Below are positions 61,317 through 64,000 of a stretch of DNA of 64,000 bases, piece after piece; the first letter of the stretch is position 1, and the number at the start of each line of letters is the position of its first letter. The DNA is taken from NCBI GenBank assembly GCA_017472635.1, contig JAFUPU010000027.1, positions 567-64,566 of the forward strand, given 5' to 3'. The DNA comes from Bacteroidaceae bacterium (GTDB taxonomy: Bacteria; Bacteroidota; Bacteroidia; Bacteroidales; Bacteroidaceae). Made by a program: the position numbers and the translations under genes. The notes under the pieces are model-generated. The model was not told where the DNA came from, did not search any database, and saw only the letters and a program-made list of their open reading frames with translations.

Positions 61317-61730
61317 CTATCTGTCAGGACGGCGTGTTGCCAGAACCATTTTAAACTGATTCTCGTTCGCAATATTCAACACTTTCACTATTTCACGATA
61401 AGGAACTGTCTCATCTGCATACAATGCTACATACATCTCGGGATGACGAGCCGCACATTCCTGCAAGAAAGCCGGCAATTCTTCCCATCCAACAGGCATT
61501 TCTTTTTGATTCCCAAACGCAGCATAACAATTCAACTCTTTATCAATAATCACCCTCGTCAAAGGTTTAGCCGAGGTCTGTTGTTTTCCCTGTGGTAACA
61601 GCACTTTAATTGCATTGGGCGAAACCATCGTTGAAGTTATCATAAAGAATATCAGCAACAAAAATATAATATCAGTCATGGAAGCCATGCTGAATTCCGG
61701 TGATATTTTAGTTCTACGCTTCAGTGCCAT
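61317..61730 (-). CDS. exbD: ExbD/TolR family protein
   Basis: SMTDIIFLLLIFFM; LYADETV. Confidence 0.9.
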   Translation of the reverse strand: MALKRRTKISPEFSMASMTDIIFLLLIFFMITSTMVSPNAIKVLLPQGKQQTSAKPLTRVIIDKELNCYAAFGNQKEMPVGWEELPAFLQECAARHPEMYVALYADETVPYREIVKVLNIANENQFKMVLATRRPDR

Positions 61731-61736
61731 AGTTCA

Positions 61737-62435
61737 TCAATTGACCATATCCATAAAAGCCAATGTTTTGGCCTCCATCTCATTCACAATATTATCGACC
61801 TTTCCAACCAAATAATTATAGGCGAACATAGCAGCAATTCCCACAATCAGCCCCCCTACAGTCGTTATCATTGCTTGATAAATTCCACTCGACAACAGCG
61901 TTATATCTATATTATTCCCAGCATTAGCCATTTCCCAAAAAGCCTGCACCATACCAGTTACCGTACCCAAGAAACCAATCATCGGTGCCCCACTGGCTAT
62001 CGTAGCAACCACTGGAAGATGACGTTCTAATTTTGCAACTTCTATATTTCCTGCATTTTCAATTGCGGTCTGCACATCTGAGGAAGGACGTCCCATCCGT
62101 GAAATTCCCTTCTCTATCATACGAGCTGCAGGAGAATTTGTTATACGACAATAATTAATCGCCGATTTCACATCCCCCGATTGTATATAATCACGTATAC
62201 GGTCCATAAACAAGGGATCATCCTTGTCCGCTTTATGCAAAGCAGACAAACGTTCAAAGAAGATATAGGCGCATACGACAGATAATAATGCCAACACAAT
62301 CATTATCCATCCCCCTTTTACTGCCATATCCCATAGACTCATTTCATTCTGAATAATTTCTACTGCAGTTTCTGTTACCACCTCATTTCCTGCTTCAATT
62401 GCAGCCTGAGCTTGTGCCATCAATAGTGTTATCAT
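61737..62435 (-). CDS. exbB: MotA/TolQ/ExbB proton channel protein
   Basis: APMIGFLGTVTGM, AMITTVGGLIVGI; start M15 chosen to avoid overlap with pdxJ. Confidence 0.9.
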   Translation of the reverse strand: MITLLMAQAQAAIEAGNEVVTETAVEIIQNEMSLWDMAVKGGWIMIVLALLSVVCAYIFFERLSALHKADKDDPLFMDRIRDYIQSGDVKSAINYCRITNSPAARMIEKGISRMGRPSSDVQTAIENAGNIEVAKLERHLPVVATIASGAPMIGFLGTVTGMVQAFWEMANAGNNIDITLLSSGIYQAMITTVGGLIVGIAAMFAYNYLVGKVDNIVNEMEAKTLAFMDMVN

Positions 62436-62448
62436 GTCTTTAATTCTA

Positions 62449-63162
62449 TTAGCTAAAACATTTCTTATATTGTTCAATTGTAGTTTTCAACCCTAAGTAC
62501 AAAGCATCACAAATCAATGCATGTCCAATACTGGCTTCATCTATCCAAGGAATTGTCTCATACAGATATCTCAGGTTCTCCAGACTCAAGTCATGACCGA
62601 CATTCAATCCAAGTCCCAACTCACGCGCTTTTTTAGCAGCTTCGCAAAAAGGTTTAATAGCTTTATCTCTATCAATTACATAGTTTGTAGCATAAGGTTC
62701 TGTATATAGTTCAACTCTGTCACAACCTGTTGCTGCAGCATATTCAACCATTCGAGCATCTGCATCTACAAAGATGGAAGTACGGATACCCTCTTTCTTA
62801 AAGGTTGCTATCACTTCTGACAAAAAAGCTTGGTTCACTTCTGTATTCCATCCGGCATTCGATGTTATCTGTTCCGGTGAGTCCGGAACCAATGTAACCT
62901 GATGAGGTTTGACATCTAACACTAAATTTATAAATGAAGCAGACGGATATCCCTCGATATTAAATTCTGTAGATAATTGCGGACGCAATGCATATACATC
63001 CGAATAGCGGATATGTCTTTCATCCGGACGCGGATGAACCGTTATCCCATCAGCTCCAAATCGTTCACAGTCCAATGCCACTTTCAGAATATCGGGATTA
63101 TTTCCCCCCCGAGCATTACGAATCGTAGCAACCTTATTTATATTTACACTTAACTTTGCCAT
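62449..63162 (-). CDS. pdxJ: Pyridoxine 5'-phosphate synthase
   Basis: [45 protein letters not shown]; -7 element TATTTTTG at 63217-63224. Confidence 0.96.
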   Translation of the reverse strand: MAKLSVNINKVATIRNARGGNNPDILKVALDCERFGADGITVHPRPDERHIRYSDVYALRPQLSTEFNIEGYPSASFINLVLDVKPHQVTLVPDSPEQITSNAGWNTEVNQAFLSEVIATFKKEGIRTSIFVDADARMVEYAAATGCDRVELYTEPYATNYVIDRDKAIKPFCEAAKKARELGLGLNVGHDLSLENLRYLYETIPWIDEASIGHALICDALYLGLKTTIEQYKKCFS

Positions 63163-63297
63163 TTTCTTGTTCAATTAAAAAAAAAATCGCACTTTTGCAT
63201 TTCAATTAATGTACTGCAAAAATAATACAAGTTAGTCAATTGACGTGCATATACATTGCAAAAGATAGATATTTTTAATAAAGTAAAGCATTATAAG

Positions 63298-64000
63298 ATG
63301 AAATTTGCCCTATTTGGTAACACATTCCAGACCAAAAAGTCCATCCATGCCGAGCGTCTTTTCAACCTATTGAAAAAGAACGGGCATGAGGTGCACATCG
63401 CTGAAGACTTTTTTCACTTCTTGACAAAAGAGTTGCATCTGCATATACGCCCCGATGGAATCATCACCAATGGTCAAGACTATACAGCCCATATGGCTAT
63501 CAGCATGGGAGGAGATGGTACATTCTTGAAAACAGCCAGCCAGATAGGACATCGCGGCATCCCCATTTTAGGAGTGAACACTGGAAGGTTGGGCTTTTTA
63601 TCTGATATCTCTCCTGAAGAAATAGACACTGCTTTTGCTGAGATATTCGAAGGACTATACCAAGTCGAAGAACGAGCAACCTTGCATGTTTGCCCCGATG
63701 GCGAGAAATTACAAGCATATCCTTTTGCACTGAATGAGATAGCCATTCTGAAGCGAGACACTTCATCCATGATTGCCATCAAGGCATCTGTAAACGGGCA
63801 TTATCTTACCACCTATCAAGCAGATGGTCTCATCATTGCCACTCCCACAGGTTCTACCGCATATTCGCTTAGTGTTGGTGGTCCAATCATGGCACCACAC
63901 ACTGGAACAATTACAATAACCCCCGTTGCTCCACATAGCTTGAATGTACGCCCCATGGTTATTCGCGACGATTGGGAAATCACACTCGAAGTAGAAAGTA
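63298..64000 (+). CDS. nadK: NAD kinase (partial, runs off the window)
   Basis: Translated by hand: MKFALFGN..., [48 protein letters not shown]. Confidence 0.95.
   Translation, partial: MKFALFGNTFQTKKSIHAERLFNLLKKNGHEVHIAEDFFHFLTKELHLHIRPDGIITNGQDYTAHMAISMGGDGTFLKTASQIGHRGIPILGVNTGRLGFLSDISPEEIDTAFAEIFEGLYQVEERATLHVCPDGEKLQAYPFALNEIAILKRDTSSMIAIKASVNGHYLTTYQADGLIIATPTGSTAYSLSVGGPIMAPHTGTITITPVAPHSLNVRPMVIRDDWEITLEVES

Noticed and set aside
1037-63782. Numerous 60-235-aa antisense or alternate-frame ORFs in the track
   Set aside because: They overlap well-supported genes and show no recognisable motifs, so they were treated as shadow ORFs.

Overview
Chromosomal window from a Bacteroidales bacterium. 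Evidence for the lineage: TAnnTTTG promoters, SusC/SusD pairs, T9SS-type C-terminal domains and Bacteroides-like housekeeping synteny. Layout: (1) 1-11.8 kb, a minus-strand operon of secreted proteins: a BspA-type LRR protein, a 2298-aa mosaic protein with an AT-rich internal segment, a small dockerin protein and a translationally coupled cohesin-like protein, all behind a ~400-nt structured leader. (2) 11.9-17.7 kb, phased 22-bp repeats, DUF853 ATPase, frameshifted gpmI, DUF3109 and a metal permease. (3) 17.7-36.9 kb, a pectin-type PUL with three fasciclin-like lipoproteins, two SusC/SusD pairs (first susC frameshifted) and a PL11 lyase flanked by REP-like elements. (4) 36.9-43.5 kb, a repeat-rich spacer, tRNA-Met, START-like protein, lptF/G, ribBA and an aminotransferase with an in-frame stop. 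(5) 43.7-50.2 kb, an amidase-iorAB-aminotransferase-paaK-ACT cluster plus a ferredoxin. (6) 50.3-64 kb, conserved housekeeping genes (porT-like to nadK). Best candidate for an undescribed system: the non-cellulosomal cohesin-dockerin/LRR operon with its variable cassette. All calls come from reading motifs by eye; no database searches were run.
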